From positions 1 to 64,000 of the IMG/VR virus record IMGVR_UViG_3300045988_041382: 64,000 nucleotides of DNA. One strand, given 5' to 3'. This stretch comes from a virus. Below the pieces are notes generated by a model. That model ran no database searches. It was given only the letters and a program-made list of their open reading frames with translations, and was not told the DNA's origin. Within the stretch, counting starts at the first letter, position 1. Each line of letters opens with the position of its first letter. This document shows, in pieces, positions 43,245 to 53,227 of this stretch. Both the position numbers and the translations under genes were made by a program.

Positions 43245-44366
43245 TCAGGACTCGGTCACGCTTACCGCACACTGGCCAGTGTAGTTCTCGCCATTGTAAA
43301 CGAAGGTTACGGTCAGGTCTGCGTCTCCGGTGGCCGTCCCAGCCGTGATCACACCCGTGTTCTGCCCCACGGTCGTGCCGCTGGGTGCGCCGGTCATGAC
43401 ATACGTGCACTTGCTGGGGTCCAGGGCCGCCAACTGTCCGTTGGCCAGCACCGCCTGGGGACGCACCTGTGCCGTGCCGCTCTTGGGCACGGAGATCACG
43501 CCGCCGATAGCCGCCACCAGCCCCGTGACCACATCCGCGTCACCGTCGGGCACCAGCACGTACCAGCCCAGCGTCCCGCCGTTTCCGCAGTCCTGGCACT
43601 GGCCGCTGACCACCTGCTCGTCCATACTGATAGCGCGGCCAACGATGCTGGTGGTGTCGTAGTTGCTTTGGCTGCCGGTCACGGTAGCGGTGCCCGCCTG
43701 CAGCTTCAGCGGCACGTTAATATACAGCCAACCCCAGCGCGTTCCCTCGTTGGTCTTGGCGTTCACGTTGCTATACACCGCCATCTGCGACGTAAACAGA
43801 CCCACCTTGCCGTTCATGCTGGTGGTCAGCCGTCCCACGGCGGCGCTGAGCTTGTTCACGAAGTACCACACCTTGTACTGCTTTCCGCTTACCGCAGTAA
43901 AACCGGTGATCGTACCGTCCGCCGCAATGTCATAGGCCACGCCGCCCTGGGCGATCATAGAGGCCGCGTTTACCTCCTGCACGTAGCACACTACCTTGTT
44001 CATGCCGTACTGAGCCGTCGGCGCGCCGTCGCTCACGTCCACCTTCAGCGCAGCAGAGGCCGCCGTCACCACCTGGCATACCGGTGCAACTGCGTTGTAC
44101 GTCACGCCAGCACCCACACCGGCCATCTTGGTCTTGAGGTCGAAGTTGGCCTGGGTAAAGTCCACCTGTATGTCCGGGTCGCTCTCGATGATAGTGGCGA
44201 TGCCGTTGTTCAGGCCCGCCCGCAGGGGATCACTGTTCACACTGGCGGTGATGTTGCCCTCCTGGAACTTGTTGCTGGAGAAATAGATGTCTCCGCTTTC
44301 CATGTCGGCGAGCTGCGCCGCGCAAATGCCCCTGGTATACAGCTTCGCGTCATTAAACTGGATCAC
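43245..44366 (-). CDS. putative major tail protein with C-terminal Ig-like domain
   Basis: 373 aa. The C-terminus GVITAGTATGDADLTVTFVYNGENYTGQCAVSV is Big_2-like. The call rests on position. Confidence 0.55.
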   Translation of the reverse strand: MIQFNDAKLYTRGICAAQLADMESGDIYFSSNKFQEGNITASVNSDPLRAGLNNGIATIIESDPDIQVDFTQANFDLKTKMAGVGAGVTYNAVAPVCQVVTAASAALKVDVSDGAPTAQYGMNKVVCYVQEVNAASMIAQGGVAYDIAADGTITGFTAVSGKQYKVWYFVNKLSAAVGRLTTSMNGKVGLFTSQMAVYSNVNAKTNEGTRWGWLYINVPLKLQAGTATVTGSQSNYDTTSIVGRAISMDEQVVSGQCQDCGNGGTLGWYVLVPDGDADVVTGLVAAIGGVISVPKSGTAQVRPQAVLANGQLAALDPSKCTYVMTGAPSGTTVGQNTGVITAGTATGDADLTVTFVYNGENYTGQCAVSVTES

Positions 44367-44382
44367 TTGCTTTCACTCCTTT

Positions 44383-45186
44383 TTACATTTGTCCGAGGTG
44401 CTGGGTCGCCATTTCGGCGGGCCGCAGCGCCGTATTTCCTATATCCTCTTTCTCATAAAACAGGCTGGGGTGCGGGTTTCCGTTTTTCCACTTCGTCCCC
44501 TGCGCCTCCGCCACGGCGCACACCATGTACCCTATGATCCGCTGCCATGTTTTCGTTTTCTCCTGCAGCTTCAATATAGGCCACTGGTCTATCTCCGCCT
44601 CGTCCACGTGCTCCAGCGCCGCGATGGCCGCGATACGCTCCCACACGCAGCCGGACAGTGGTGCGCCGTTCATCTGCGCCAGGTCTCTCTGTGCTTCCAG
44701 CAGCTCCGGGTTTGCCTCCGGTGCGGCCAGCTCAATACCGTTCTGTGCCGCCGCGATCTCCCGCAGCCGCTGGAACTGCACCGGCGTCACCCGCCACAGC
44801 TCCTCCCCGTCCACGGTGAACTCAACCGCTTTCAGGCAGCCCCTGTCCTGCGGGTCTACCTTGCATCGGAACATCCCCACCCGTTTTCCCAATGGCAGCC
44901 CTCTCCCCAGCCGCAGGGAAAGCGCCAGCATCAGAAGCGCCCGTGAGAAAAGTCCAATCCCCTCCTCATTCTTCTCCAACGCCTCATATTCCATCCGGTA
45001 GAGCGCCGCCAACAGGGGCATGGCCGCATAGCGCACAGGGAGCGCCTGCTGCACGATGTCGATGCCGGGCCGCGCCATTTCAAATGCCTCCAGCTCTTCC
45101 ACCAGAATGGGATACAGGGTCAGCCCCTCCGCCTCCACTTCTTCATACCGGCGGCAGGCTCTTTTTATGCTCTGTGAGATCGCCAT
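44383..45186 (-). CDS. hypothetical structural-module protein
   Basis: 267-aa ORF. Confidence 0.55.
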   Translation of the reverse strand: MAISQSIKRACRRYEEVEAEGLTLYPILVEELEAFEMARPGIDIVQQALPVRYAAMPLLAALYRMEYEALEKNEEGIGLFSRALLMLALSLRLGRGLPLGKRVGMFRCKVDPQDRGCLKAVEFTVDGEELWRVTPVQFQRLREIAAAQNGIELAAPEANPELLEAQRDLAQMNGAPLSGCVWERIAAIAALEHVDEAEIDQWPILKLQEKTKTWQRIIGYMVCAVAEAQGTKWKNGNPHPSLFYEKEDIGNTALRPAEMATQHLGQM

Positions 45187-45259
45187 AAAACCCTTTTTCC
45201 TCCCTCACGAAACACCTAATTAGTTAAACAGGAGTACCAGCATCGCCGTCCTCCGTTTC

Positions 45260-45955
45260 TCAAAATGTAGTCACGACGCCATTCTCGTCGCTGTCTGCCC
45301 ACGCAAGGCTCATGTGAAGCCGCCGCCCCACGTTCATCCCCTGGTCGTAAATAGCCCTCGATCCGTTGTCCGGGTGTGCGCCCCTGTCGAAGCTCACCAC
45401 CCCCGCGCCGCCGATGTTCACGCCATTCAGCGCCTCAATAATGCACTGCTCCATGTCAAAGCTACGTGCATAATCGTCTGTTCTCGTGGTGGTCTCATGC
45501 CCGTAGTTGCATAAAATGTCGAAATATATCCCCACGGCGGCGGTAAACGCGCTCTGCGGTATTACCCTGCCTATGTAGACCTTTACCACCGTCTGGGCCA
45601 TCGTCTGAGCCTGTCCCCAGTATTCCAGCGGGTACAGCCTGTACCCCTTCGGGTGTTTGGCCTTCTGCTCCTCCGTGTCCAATATCGGCGCTTCGCCGTC
45701 AAACACGATCCCCAGCTTTTCCGCCGCTGTAGGCAGCTTCTCCGCCAGCGGATTTGCCCCGTCATAGCACAGGTACTTCATCAGCCGTACCCTGGGCCGC
45801 CGGTCGTCGTCCACCGGCGTATATCCGTTCCGGTCCGGCAGGTCCAGCAGGTAATTCACAATCTTCTTCGGTATCTTTTCCGCGCCCTTGAACGTGCCAT
45901 ATCCTGTCTCGACCTTGGCAAACGGATAAAACGGGCTGTCGAAGTTCGTGTTCAC
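45260..45955 (-). CDS. hypothetical structural-module protein
   Basis: 231-aa ORF. Confidence 0.55.
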   Translation of the reverse strand: MNTNFDSPFYPFAKVETGYGTFKGAEKIPKKIVNYLLDLPDRNGYTPVDDDRRPRVRLMKYLCYDGANPLAEKLPTAAEKLGIVFDGEAPILDTEEQKAKHPKGYRLYPLEYWGQAQTMAQTVVKVYIGRVIPQSAFTAAVGIYFDILCNYGHETTTRTDDYARSFDMEQCIIEALNGVNIGGAGVVSFDRGAHPDNGSRAIYDQGMNVGRRLHMSLAWADSDENGVVTTF

Positions 45956-46061
45956 GCTCTCACCACGCTTCCACTTTTCAGAATTGTTTCACATGAAACA
46001 GAGTCATTTCCGTTGCGCTTTTGATATTTTTGCAACTATTTGTTCCGTTTCAATTTGAATA

Positions 46062-46619
46062 TCACGCCTGATCTTTCTGCACTCTTTCCGCCAGCTCCAC
46101 CAGCTCCTGCACGCTTTCCGGCGTCATAGCGCTGGCCGCGCTCATGGACATCCGAGCCACCACGTCGTTCATGATGCTCAGGTTGGCGTTTATCTCCGTG
46201 TTCATCATCTTTTCCAGATCGCGGTAGTCCGCCAGCAGGTCATACGCCTTGTCCCGCAGTGCGTCACTCTGCTTCTTCATCCGGTCGATCTGGTTGATCA
46301 GCTGCACGCCGCCCACCCAGTCGTAGTCGTCGGCGCTCATCAACCACCGGTCGCCGCCGCAGCCTTCGAAGTCCAGCCGCAAATAGGCTCGCGCCAAAAT
46401 ACCCAGCAGATACCGCCGCTTCCGCTGCCCGTTCTCCCGGTACATGGGGGGCGTGTCGCCCCGGAACTTCTCCCCGGTGTTCACCACCACCCGGTCGATG
46501 CACCGCTCCGCGCAATAGCTTACGATCTCCTCCTTCTGCATCAGGGGGACGTAGCTCTTGGCGTTGATAAACACCTCTTTCATGGTAATGGGCCTGCGCT
46601 GTGCAATGTTCGTCTCCAT
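46062..46619 (-). CDS. hypothetical structural-module protein
   Basis: METNIAQRRP... The ATG at 46619 follows AATCTGAAAGGAGCGGAAAC. Confidence 0.55.
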   Translation of the reverse strand: METNIAQRRPITMKEVFINAKSYVPLMQKEEIVSYCAERCIDRVVVNTGEKFRGDTPPMYRENGQRKRRYLLGILARAYLRLDFEGCGGDRWLMSADDYDWVGGVQLINQIDRMKKQSDALRDKAYDLLADYRDLEKMMNTEINANLSIMNDVVARMSMSAASAMTPESVQELVELAERVQKDQA

Positions 46620-46660
46620 CGTTTCCGCTCCTTTCAGATTCTCAATGGATATATTCTCTT

Positions 46661-46849
46661 TTATCGGTTTGTGTCCGCCTGTTCCTGCCGCATTCGGCAG
46701 CGCTTCCACTCTGCCGCGTTTTCGTACCGGCAGCTGTCCGGGCAGTAATATTGAAAGCCGCAGAAATCTGTATTTCCGCTCTGCTTTCTGCACCGCAGCG
46801 TGATCTCCCCCCGCTTCCGGTAGCTGTGCTCACAAGTCTGCTTTGCCAT
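46661..46849 (-). CDS. small Cys-rich protein
   Basis: 62-aa ORF containing eight Cys residues. Confidence 0.4.
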   Translation of the reverse strand: MAKQTCEHSYRKRGEITLRCRKQSGNTDFCGFQYYCPDSCRYENAAEWKRCRMRQEQADTNR

Positions 46850-46855
46850 TTCGCT

Positions 46856-48175
46856 TTACCACCCTTCCAGCGCGATCTCCGCGCTCACGCTCTGTCCCTT
46901 GCAGGAGGCCGTTACCGTCAGGGGCTTGACGCTGCCGCCCCAGCAGTACACGGTGGCGGTGCTGCCCTCCACCTCGGCGGTGTAGCTGCCCTCCGCCGCC
47001 CCGGCGAAGATCCATTCCACCGCATCTCCGGTCTCCGCGCCGTTCTCGGTGTATATGGCCGTCAGCATGGTCTTGCCGTAGGCTCCCAGCTTCTCCACCG
47101 GGTCCGTCTGCCAGTGTACGCCGCTTACGCTCTCTGCCACCGTCACCGCATAGGTGCCGTAGTGCTCCTCATTCTGCACCAGCACCACCGTTATGGTACA
47201 TTCTCCCTCGCCCACCGCCGCCACGTTGCCGACGGGGTCCACCCGGCATACGCTCTCGTCGCTGCTGAACCACAGGTAGCGGGTGGGGTGTTCTGCGTCT
47301 CCGTCCGCCTTTTCACCGTTTCGCAGGGAGGCGGCGGTAAACTGTGCCTTCTCGCCTTTGCTCATCACCGCTTTTCCCCCCACGTTTATCTCCCAGGCAA
47401 AGGGGTAGGCGTTGGCCACCCGGTTTATCAGATCGTCCTTTTCCTTATCCGGTTCGGTCATCCGCGCTGTGAACCGCAGCAGGCGGACACTCTCCTCGTC
47501 CCCGGTGAACTCCTGCGCCACGTCCGCGTAGCCGGTGATCTGATACGCCATCCGCCCCAGGATCATCCGGCTGTTCACGTCCAAGTCCGCGGTCTCTTCG
47601 TTTCGCTGTATGATGATGTTGAAATACCCCTGCATCATCAGCACCGTCTCCTGGAAATCGTTGGCATTGGCGTTTAGCTTCACGCTTTCCAGCACCATCG
47701 GCTCTTTCAGTACGTTGCCGTACCAGTCCAGGTGATTCCATGTGGTGTTGCACCGCCTAATGATGCCACCGCCCACGGCAGAGGAGATGTTGGCCGGGTT
47801 CGTCACCAGCCATGTGGAGCCCATTGTCTCCATTTTTGCGCCCTCCGGCACATATTCGATGCGCCGGTCTACCATCAAAAACTCCTTGTAGTTGTCGATG
47901 GGTCTATCTATGGCGTTGCCTTTTTTTCGTGCGTCTGCCAGCCGGATCAACTGGTCGCTCCACTCGTAGAAGTTGTTGGGGTCGCTGTCCAGTCCCTGCA
48001 CCCGGCAAGCGGTGTAGTCGCTGGCGTACTTTCCGTATGCTTGCACGAACCGCGCCGTAGGATCTCCAAAATAAGGATTGCGCCGGTCGTTATACTGCGC
48101 GGGTCGGTTGGTGGTGGCATGAACCCGCTCCGCCATCGCGGCGATGTTGCCCAAATTGTTCTTTATGTCCGCCAT
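46856..48175 (-). CDS. structural protein with C-terminal Ig-like repeats
   Basis: 439 aa. VCRVDPVGNVAAVGEGECTITVV and GSTATVYCWGGSVKPLTVTASCKG are Big_2-like. Confidence 0.6.
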   Translation of the reverse strand: MADIKNNLGNIAAMAERVHATTNRPAQYNDRRNPYFGDPTARFVQAYGKYASDYTACRVQGLDSDPNNFYEWSDQLIRLADARKKGNAIDRPIDNYKEFLMVDRRIEYVPEGAKMETMGSTWLVTNPANISSAVGGGIIRRCNTTWNHLDWYGNVLKEPMVLESVKLNANANDFQETVLMMQGYFNIIIQRNEETADLDVNSRMILGRMAYQITGYADVAQEFTGDEESVRLLRFTARMTEPDKEKDDLINRVANAYPFAWEINVGGKAVMSKGEKAQFTAASLRNGEKADGDAEHPTRYLWFSSDESVCRVDPVGNVAAVGEGECTITVVLVQNEEHYGTYAVTVAESVSGVHWQTDPVEKLGAYGKTMLTAIYTENGAETGDAVEWIFAGAAEGSYTAEVEGSTATVYCWGGSVKPLTVTASCKGQSVSAEIALEGW

Positions 48176-48203
48176 CGCCGTTCACCTCCACGCTCCGCCT
48201 CCG

Positions 48204-48926
48204 TCACAGGAACTGGTATCGTCCGTACCCGCCACGGCCTCGCTGCACCGTGTTCAAAAACGCACAATCCTGCTCGTATTTGTGCATCTCGTCCATCAGC
48301 CTTGCCCGGTTCTTCTCCTGCTTTGCGGCGCCCTCCTTCATATAGGTGCCCTCGTTCACCGTGTCAAAGCTGGCATCCTTTATCTTCATCTGGTCGTTCA
48401 GCCAGTTGCGGAAGAACCGCTCGTCCCACACGCTTGCCACGCACAGCCCAAGTATCCGCTTCTGCTCCATTGTCAACTCGTGACCAAATTCACCGTCTGT
48501 GTAAAAGTCCAGCGTGTAGTTCATTCCCGCCATATCCTGCATAGGGAACGTCACCACGCCTGTTTCGGCGTTGTAGCTCGCCTCGGTGTACGGCACCGCC
48601 GTCATGCCGCCCGTCACATCCTGCTCCACAATGGCGCAGGAAAATAGCTCGTAGCCCACCATTCCGGTGTCCACTTCCGTTTCTCCCACCAAACTGTCCT
48701 CGTCGCTGGTCCAGTAGAAATCGCCGTAGCTGGGTTGCACCAGCCCGTCCGACAGATACGCCCGCATTTGCACCGGCAGGGAGAATAGAGGGATAGCGTT
48801 CACCATATACAGGCTCATCCGCCGCAGAAACGCCGCCGGGTCGTTGGCCGCTTCCTCCTGCAGGCGCACATCGTCTATCTCCAGCATGGCGTGATTCGAT
48901 ATGATCTCGCTCCACTTTGTGCCCAT
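48204..48926 (-). CDS. hypothetical head-tail-module protein
   Basis: MGTKWSEIISN... The ATG at 48926 follows AGGGAGGAAGCA. Confidence 0.55.
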   Translation of the reverse strand: MGTKWSEIISNHAMLEIDDVRLQEEAANDPAAFLRRMSLYMVNAIPLFSLPVQMRAYLSDGLVQPSYGDFYWTSDEDSLVGETEVDTGMVGYELFSCAIVEQDVTGGMTAVPYTEASYNAETGVVTFPMQDMAGMNYTLDFYTDGEFGHELTMEQKRILGLCVASVWDERFFRNWLNDQMKIKDASFDTVNEGTYMKEGAAKQEKNRARLMDEMHKYEQDCAFLNTVQRGRGGYGRYQFL

Positions 48927-49024
48927 TGCTTCCTCCCTTTCCGGTTTGTCCTCTTTTTTGCCTTTCAGTGTGCCGGAGAGCGGCGGCGTCACCGCCGTCC
49001 TCCGGCACGTTTTCTCCGGTTTTC

Positions 49025-49612
49025 TCAGGCGCCGATGGTCAGCGTCACGCCGCCGGCCTCGTTGTCCGTCTCGCTGACGGGGATAGCGTTCACCGTCACG
49101 CTGGACAGGCAGTTGAACCCCTCGTCGGGCAGGATCTCCTGGCTGGCAAAGGTGGGGGTCACAGTCTTGGCCTGTGCCTTCATGTCCTCGCTGCCGGACA
49201 TGGTGCCCTCCACGCCCAGGATAGTCACACCCTCGCGGATGTTGGTGGCGATGAGCTTGGCCTGTTCCGCCTCGGCGATCTGCACGGTACCGCTTCCGTC
49301 GTGGAAGCCCAGGGGCACGGTATACACCTGCGCCTTGGTGGTGATGTTGCCCGCCACAGCGCCGTTGTTGGGCATCGTACCGGTGACTTCCGCTCCCTTC
49401 ACAAATGCGGTCTTGCCCAGCAGGATCTCCGCAGCGGACGCGGTAGCGCCGGAGGTATCCGCATCAAAGGTACATGTACCCGTGATGGTCGCACCCGTCT
49501 TGTCGTGGGCAGTAATGCCCTTGAGCAGTTTGGCAGGCACCACGCTGTCGGCGGTCAGATCGATTTTTACCTGTCCGCCTATAATTACTTTGTTGATGTA
49601 CTGATTAGCCAT
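49025..49612 (-). CDS. hypothetical structural protein
   Basis: MANQYINKVIIGG... The ATG at 49612 lies 9 nt after AGGAG. Confidence 0.55.
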   Translation of the reverse strand: MANQYINKVIIGGQVKIDLTADSVVPAKLLKGITAHDKTGATITGTCTFDADTSGATASAAEILLGKTAFVKGAEVTGTMPNNGAVAGNITTKAQVYTVPLGFHDGSGTVQIAEAEQAKLIATNIREGVTILGVEGTMSGSEDMKAQAKTVTPTFASQEILPDEGFNCLSSVTVNAIPVSETDNEAGGVTLTIGA

Positions 49613-49904
49613 ACTCCACATCTCCTATCGTTAAAGTTTTTCCGCCGGCGGCATTGCTGACTTCGTACTGGGGTATTTTCTTCACCGTCACGTCGTCGTT
49701 CATGCGTTTGGCTTTTGTATGCAGCACAACAGGCTCGTCCACCTGTGGTGTTACCTCATATTCGCCCTCGTAGGTGGGGATAATTTCTCCCCCGGTCTGT
49801 ATCACTACATCCCGTATTTCTATCTCCACCACGGGCTGTCCCACCGGGGCGGTGCTGGCGTTGGCGTTCTTCTTCTGTTCCGCCGCGAACTGCTGCAGCG
49901 CCAT
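49605..49904 (-). CDS. hypothetical protein
   Basis: 99-aa ORF abutting its neighbours. Confidence 0.55.
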   Translation of the reverse strand: MALQQFAAEQKKNANASTAPVGQPVVEIEIRDVVIQTGGEIIPTYEGEYEVTPQVDEPVVLHTKAKRMNDDVTVKKIPQYEVSNAAGGKTLTIGDVEYG

Positions 49905-50213
49905 TTACATCACCCCTTTGGACCGGCTTGCGGAGACATATATGGTCTTGCCCTTTGCCCCCACCACGCTCTCGTCGTTGAATTTTATCCGCGCCTGTAC
50001 CGGTGGTGTCCTCCCGGCCTTAAAGGCGAAGGTCTGCTCCTGCGTCAGCGGGAATAGCCACTGTCCGTTCTCCTCGTCGTAGCGCACCACGCCGGGGTAC
50101 GTCCTCGTCAGGTTACCTATGGTGATCTCCAGCCGCAGCACCATCTCCGGCGTTATCAGCAGCTCCCCCTGCCGCAGCACGATGGGCAGCGAATAGGCGT
50201 CGCCCTGCATCAT
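49905..50213 (-). CDS. hypothetical protein
   Basis: 102-aa ORF abutting its neighbours. Confidence 0.55.
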   Translation of the reverse strand: MMQGDAYSLPIVLRQGELLITPEMVLRLEITIGNLTRTYPGVVRYDEENGQWLFPLTQEQTFAFKAGRTPPVQARIKFNDESVVGAKGKTIYVSASRSKGVM

Positions 50214-50256
50214 GGCCGTTCCCTCCTTCCGCTTATATGGTCAAGGGCTTTCCTTC

Positions 50257-51063
50257 TTACTTGGCGTCCTTCTCGTTCATGTCCTCGATAATGGTGATGA
50301 AGTCGCCCTTCTCGTGGCCCTTGCGCTTGCTCAGCGCGTTCAGCTTCACTGTGCGCTCACGCGTCACATACCGGCTGCCCTGGCGGTAGGCGTCGGCGTA
50401 CATCTGCGCCGCCATCACCTTGTGTCCCTCGCACAGCGCCGGGTAGATGTTCAGCAGCTCGTCCCCCAGCTCCACCAGCTTGGCAAAGGCTCTCTTGTCC
50501 AGCACCTCACCCGGCTTGTAGTCCACACCCAGCGCCTCGCGCTCCTCGTCCGTCAGACCGCTTACCACCAGCAGCCACCGCTGCGCCATGAACCGGCGGT
50601 TCATCTCCGTCAGTATGCGGCTCAGGTCCGGCTTCGGCACGTAAAAGCTGCCCGTCTTGCCCACGATGTTTCCATACATTCCGCCATCGCCGAACTGCAC
50701 CACGTTGTCGTCCGCCACCGGCGCCATCCACAGGAAATGCACCTGCTCCGCGCTGGTGCTCACCTGTACGATCTGCGGCGCGGCCTGCTGGGGGATGTTC
50801 TTCAGCGCCTCCGCCACCGCCTTGGCCGCCGCCTCCTGCATCATCTGCTGCACCTGCTCGGCGGTGTACATCACAGGCGCGGCGGGCATTTCCGTGGCAT
50901 CAGCCGCGTCCTGCACATTCTCCTGCGCCGCCGCTTTCGCGGTGCTGCTTTCGTCCGGCGTTTCCGCGCTCTGCTGGGCCGCCAGCATCACCTGGTCGTC
51001 CTCGCTCTCCTCCGCCGCGATCTGCGCGGCCAGTCTGTTTCCGCTTTTCTTCTGCTTACCCAT
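50257..51063 (-). CDS. hypothetical head-module protein with acidic low-complexity N-terminus
   Basis: MGKQKKSGNRLAAQ... The ATG at 51063 follows AATCTGAAAGGAGCAGAAAGC. Confidence 0.55.
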   Translation of the reverse strand: MGKQKKSGNRLAAQIAAEESEDDQVMLAAQQSAETPDESSTAKAAAQENVQDAADATEMPAAPVMYTAEQVQQMMQEAAAKAVAEALKNIPQQAAPQIVQVSTSAEQVHFLWMAPVADDNVVQFGDGGMYGNIVGKTGSFYVPKPDLSRILTEMNRRFMAQRWLLVVSGLTDEEREALGVDYKPGEVLDKRAFAKLVELGDELLNIYPALCEGHKVMAAQMYADAYRQGSRYVTRERTVKLNALSKRKGHEKGDFITIIEDMNEKDAK

Positions 51064-51250
51064 GCTTTCTGCTCCTTTCAGATTCATTTCATGGTCTGTT
51101 TCTATCTGCCGCAATGCGTCAAGGCTCCCGCCGCTGCCCCGTTTACACGTCGGCGCATTGCATACCCTCCGGTTTCCCGGCACTGCCTTTTTTTGCTTTG
51201 ACAACGTCTCCTCTGGGACACACTTTTCAGGAGGTGCGAGGAGTCCTATA

Positions 51251-51325
51251 TGGCGCGGACGCGAGGGCTCGAACCCCGAACTGCGGTTTTGGAGACCGCC
51301 GTTTTCCCGGTTAAACTAAATCCGC
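51251..51325 (-). tRNA. tRNA-Trp (CCA)
   Basis: The reverse complement folds canonically: anticodon arm GCGGT-CTCCAAA-ACCGC, T arm CGGGG-TTCGAGC-CCTCG, discriminator G and CCA. Confidence 0.9.
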
Positions 51326-51369
51326 ATATCCGGGGAGGGGCTTTCGCCCCTTCCCCGGTGTGGTTTTCC

Positions 51370-52587
51370 TTACACAGTGAAGTGCGCGATCTTGGACGCG
51401 AACGTGGCCACAGAGTCCAGGGCGATGGTCAGGTTCAGGCCGATCTCGAAATCCCCGGTGCGGGTGGGATCCATCTCAATAGAGATGGGCGTGCCGCTGG
51501 TGTAGCCGATTGTCAGCGGCTTTCTGCCGTTGCCAGCCAGCATCCAGATGTCGTTCTCGCTGAGCATGGTCTCCACGGTGGTGTTCTGGGTGCCGGGGAT
51601 GATAACGTCCCGCATGGGCATCAGGCGCACCGCCATGAACTGGCCCAGGTAGCCGGCCTTGGTGTAGTCGGCGCCCAGCAGCGTGGCGATAGCGGCGTCC
51701 ATATTCACGTTGGTGGAGCCGGTCACGGTGTTGGGCAGCACCTTGCTCAGGGCCACGGTGCCGCCGGTGGCAAACACGTCGGAGATGGTGGTGTTGTTCA
51801 GCGCGGCGATCTTGTTGGCGCCCTTCACCCAGTTCTGGTTGTTGAAGGTGAAGTTCAGGTTGGTGGGGATCAGGCTGGTGTCCTCCGTGGCGGTGGTCAT
51901 GGCCTCGTTCCACATACCCATGGTCTTGGCGTACATACCCGCCACCATGTTTGCGAAGAAAACGCCGAAGTCCATGTTCGTGCCAACCAGCTGCATCCAC
52001 TTGGAAGTGATCCAGCAGCTCTTGGGGGTGGGGTTCAGCGTGTAATCGCGGGAATAGAAGCGGTTACGCGGCACGCTGCGGCTTGCGCCCCAGCTGGAGT
52101 CCTGGAAAACGGGGATGTCGTTGCTGCCGATGCTCACGGCGTAGGTCTGGCCCAGCTCGATCTCCACGGTCTCGGCGAAATCGCTCAGCGCCTCGGAGTA
52201 CACGGCAGGCAGAATGGGGATGATGACCTCCTGCCAGATGCCCTGCAGCACGGCGTAGAAGCGGGCGTTGCCGTAATACTCGCCGCCGTTGCGCTTGAAC
52301 TCCTCCCAGCTCTCGGGGGCCTTCTTGCCGGTGCTGGCGCAGGCCAGTTTGGCGGCGTACAGAAGGCTCTCCCGCTGGAACTGCTCGTTCAGCTGCTTGT
52401 AGCCCCGGTCGTTCATGGTGCGCTGCACGGGGGTGTTCTGCCCCTTGGCGCTCAGAACGGCCATCTTGCCCTTCAGGGCGTGTTCATAAAACAGCACGCG
52501 GCCCTTGGCCACGATGTCCTCGCGCTGGTCGTTTCCGTTGATGGCGAAAACCTCATTGGAAACGCTGTTCAGGTTCAGCTTTGCCAT
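51370..52587 (-). CDS. putative major capsid protein
   Basis: 405 aa with a strong GAGGAGAG RBS. The call rests on size and position within the head module. Confidence 0.6.
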   Translation of the reverse strand: MAKLNLNSVSNEVFAINGNDQREDIVAKGRVLFYEHALKGKMAVLSAKGQNTPVQRTMNDRGYKQLNEQFQRESLLYAAKLACASTGKKAPESWEEFKRNGGEYYGNARFYAVLQGIWQEVIIPILPAVYSEALSDFAETVEIELGQTYAVSIGSNDIPVFQDSSWGASRSVPRNRFYSRDYTLNPTPKSCWITSKWMQLVGTNMDFGVFFANMVAGMYAKTMGMWNEAMTTATEDTSLIPTNLNFTFNNQNWVKGANKIAALNNTTISDVFATGGTVALSKVLPNTVTGSTNVNMDAAIATLLGADYTKAGYLGQFMAVRLMPMRDVIIPGTQNTTVETMLSENDIWMLAGNGRKPLTIGYTSGTPISIEMDPTRTGDFEIGLNLTIALDSVATFASKIAHFTV

Positions 52588-52610
52588 TTCTTACTCACTC
52601 TCCTCTCTTG

Positions 52611-53204
52611 TCACGCGGTCACGGTGCTGACCTTGCAGGCCCACACGTCGTAGTACACAAAGCTCTGCCCTGCGCCCTCGGTGAAGTTGCCGGTGCCCTT
52701 CAGCTTGAAGTAGATGGCGCCGGTGTCGGTGGGGGCGGCAGCGGCGGGCACCAGCAGGCCGTTGGCGATGGTGAAGATGGTGTTCGCGCCGATGGCGGCG
52801 CTCAGGTTGCCCTCGCCAAAGCGGTAGGCGTGCTTGCCGTCAAACACGATCTCGGTGAAGGTGCCGTCCCGGCCCGCAGGAACGCCCAGCCCCAGCGTGG
52901 CGGTGCCCACGGCGTAGTTGTTGCCGTTGCGTCCGCCCAGCATGGGCCAATCGTAGGTGTTGCAGGCGTACACGCCGGTGTCGGCGTTGGCGGCAGCGCC
53001 CGCAGCGTTCATGTAAAAGGCGTTCTCGTTCTTGATGCCCTTGAAGCCCGCACAGGGCAGCTGCTCGCCGCGCACCACCAGCAGGCCCGCGGAGCAGTCC
53101 GCATCCGCATCGGACACCTGATAGCGTCCCGTGATGTTGCACAGTTCGTTGAACTCGTTGTTGGTGATCCGCGGCTCAAACGCGGTTTTCTCGATGTATG
53201 CCAT
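52611..53204 (-). CDS. hypothetical head-module protein
   Basis: 197-aa Gly/Ala-rich ORF directly upstream of the capsid candidate. Confidence 0.55.
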   Translation of the reverse strand: MAYIEKTAFEPRITNNEFNELCNITGRYQVSDADADCSAGLLVVRGEQLPCAGFKGIKNENAFYMNAAGAAANADTGVYACNTYDWPMLGGRNGNNYAVGTATLGLGVPAGRDGTFTEIVFDGKHAYRFGEGNLSAAIGANTIFTIANGLLVPAAAAPTDTGAIYFKLKGTGNFTEGAGQSFVYYDVWACKVSTVTA

Positions 53205-53227
53205 GTTTGTTCACTCTCCTTTTCGTT

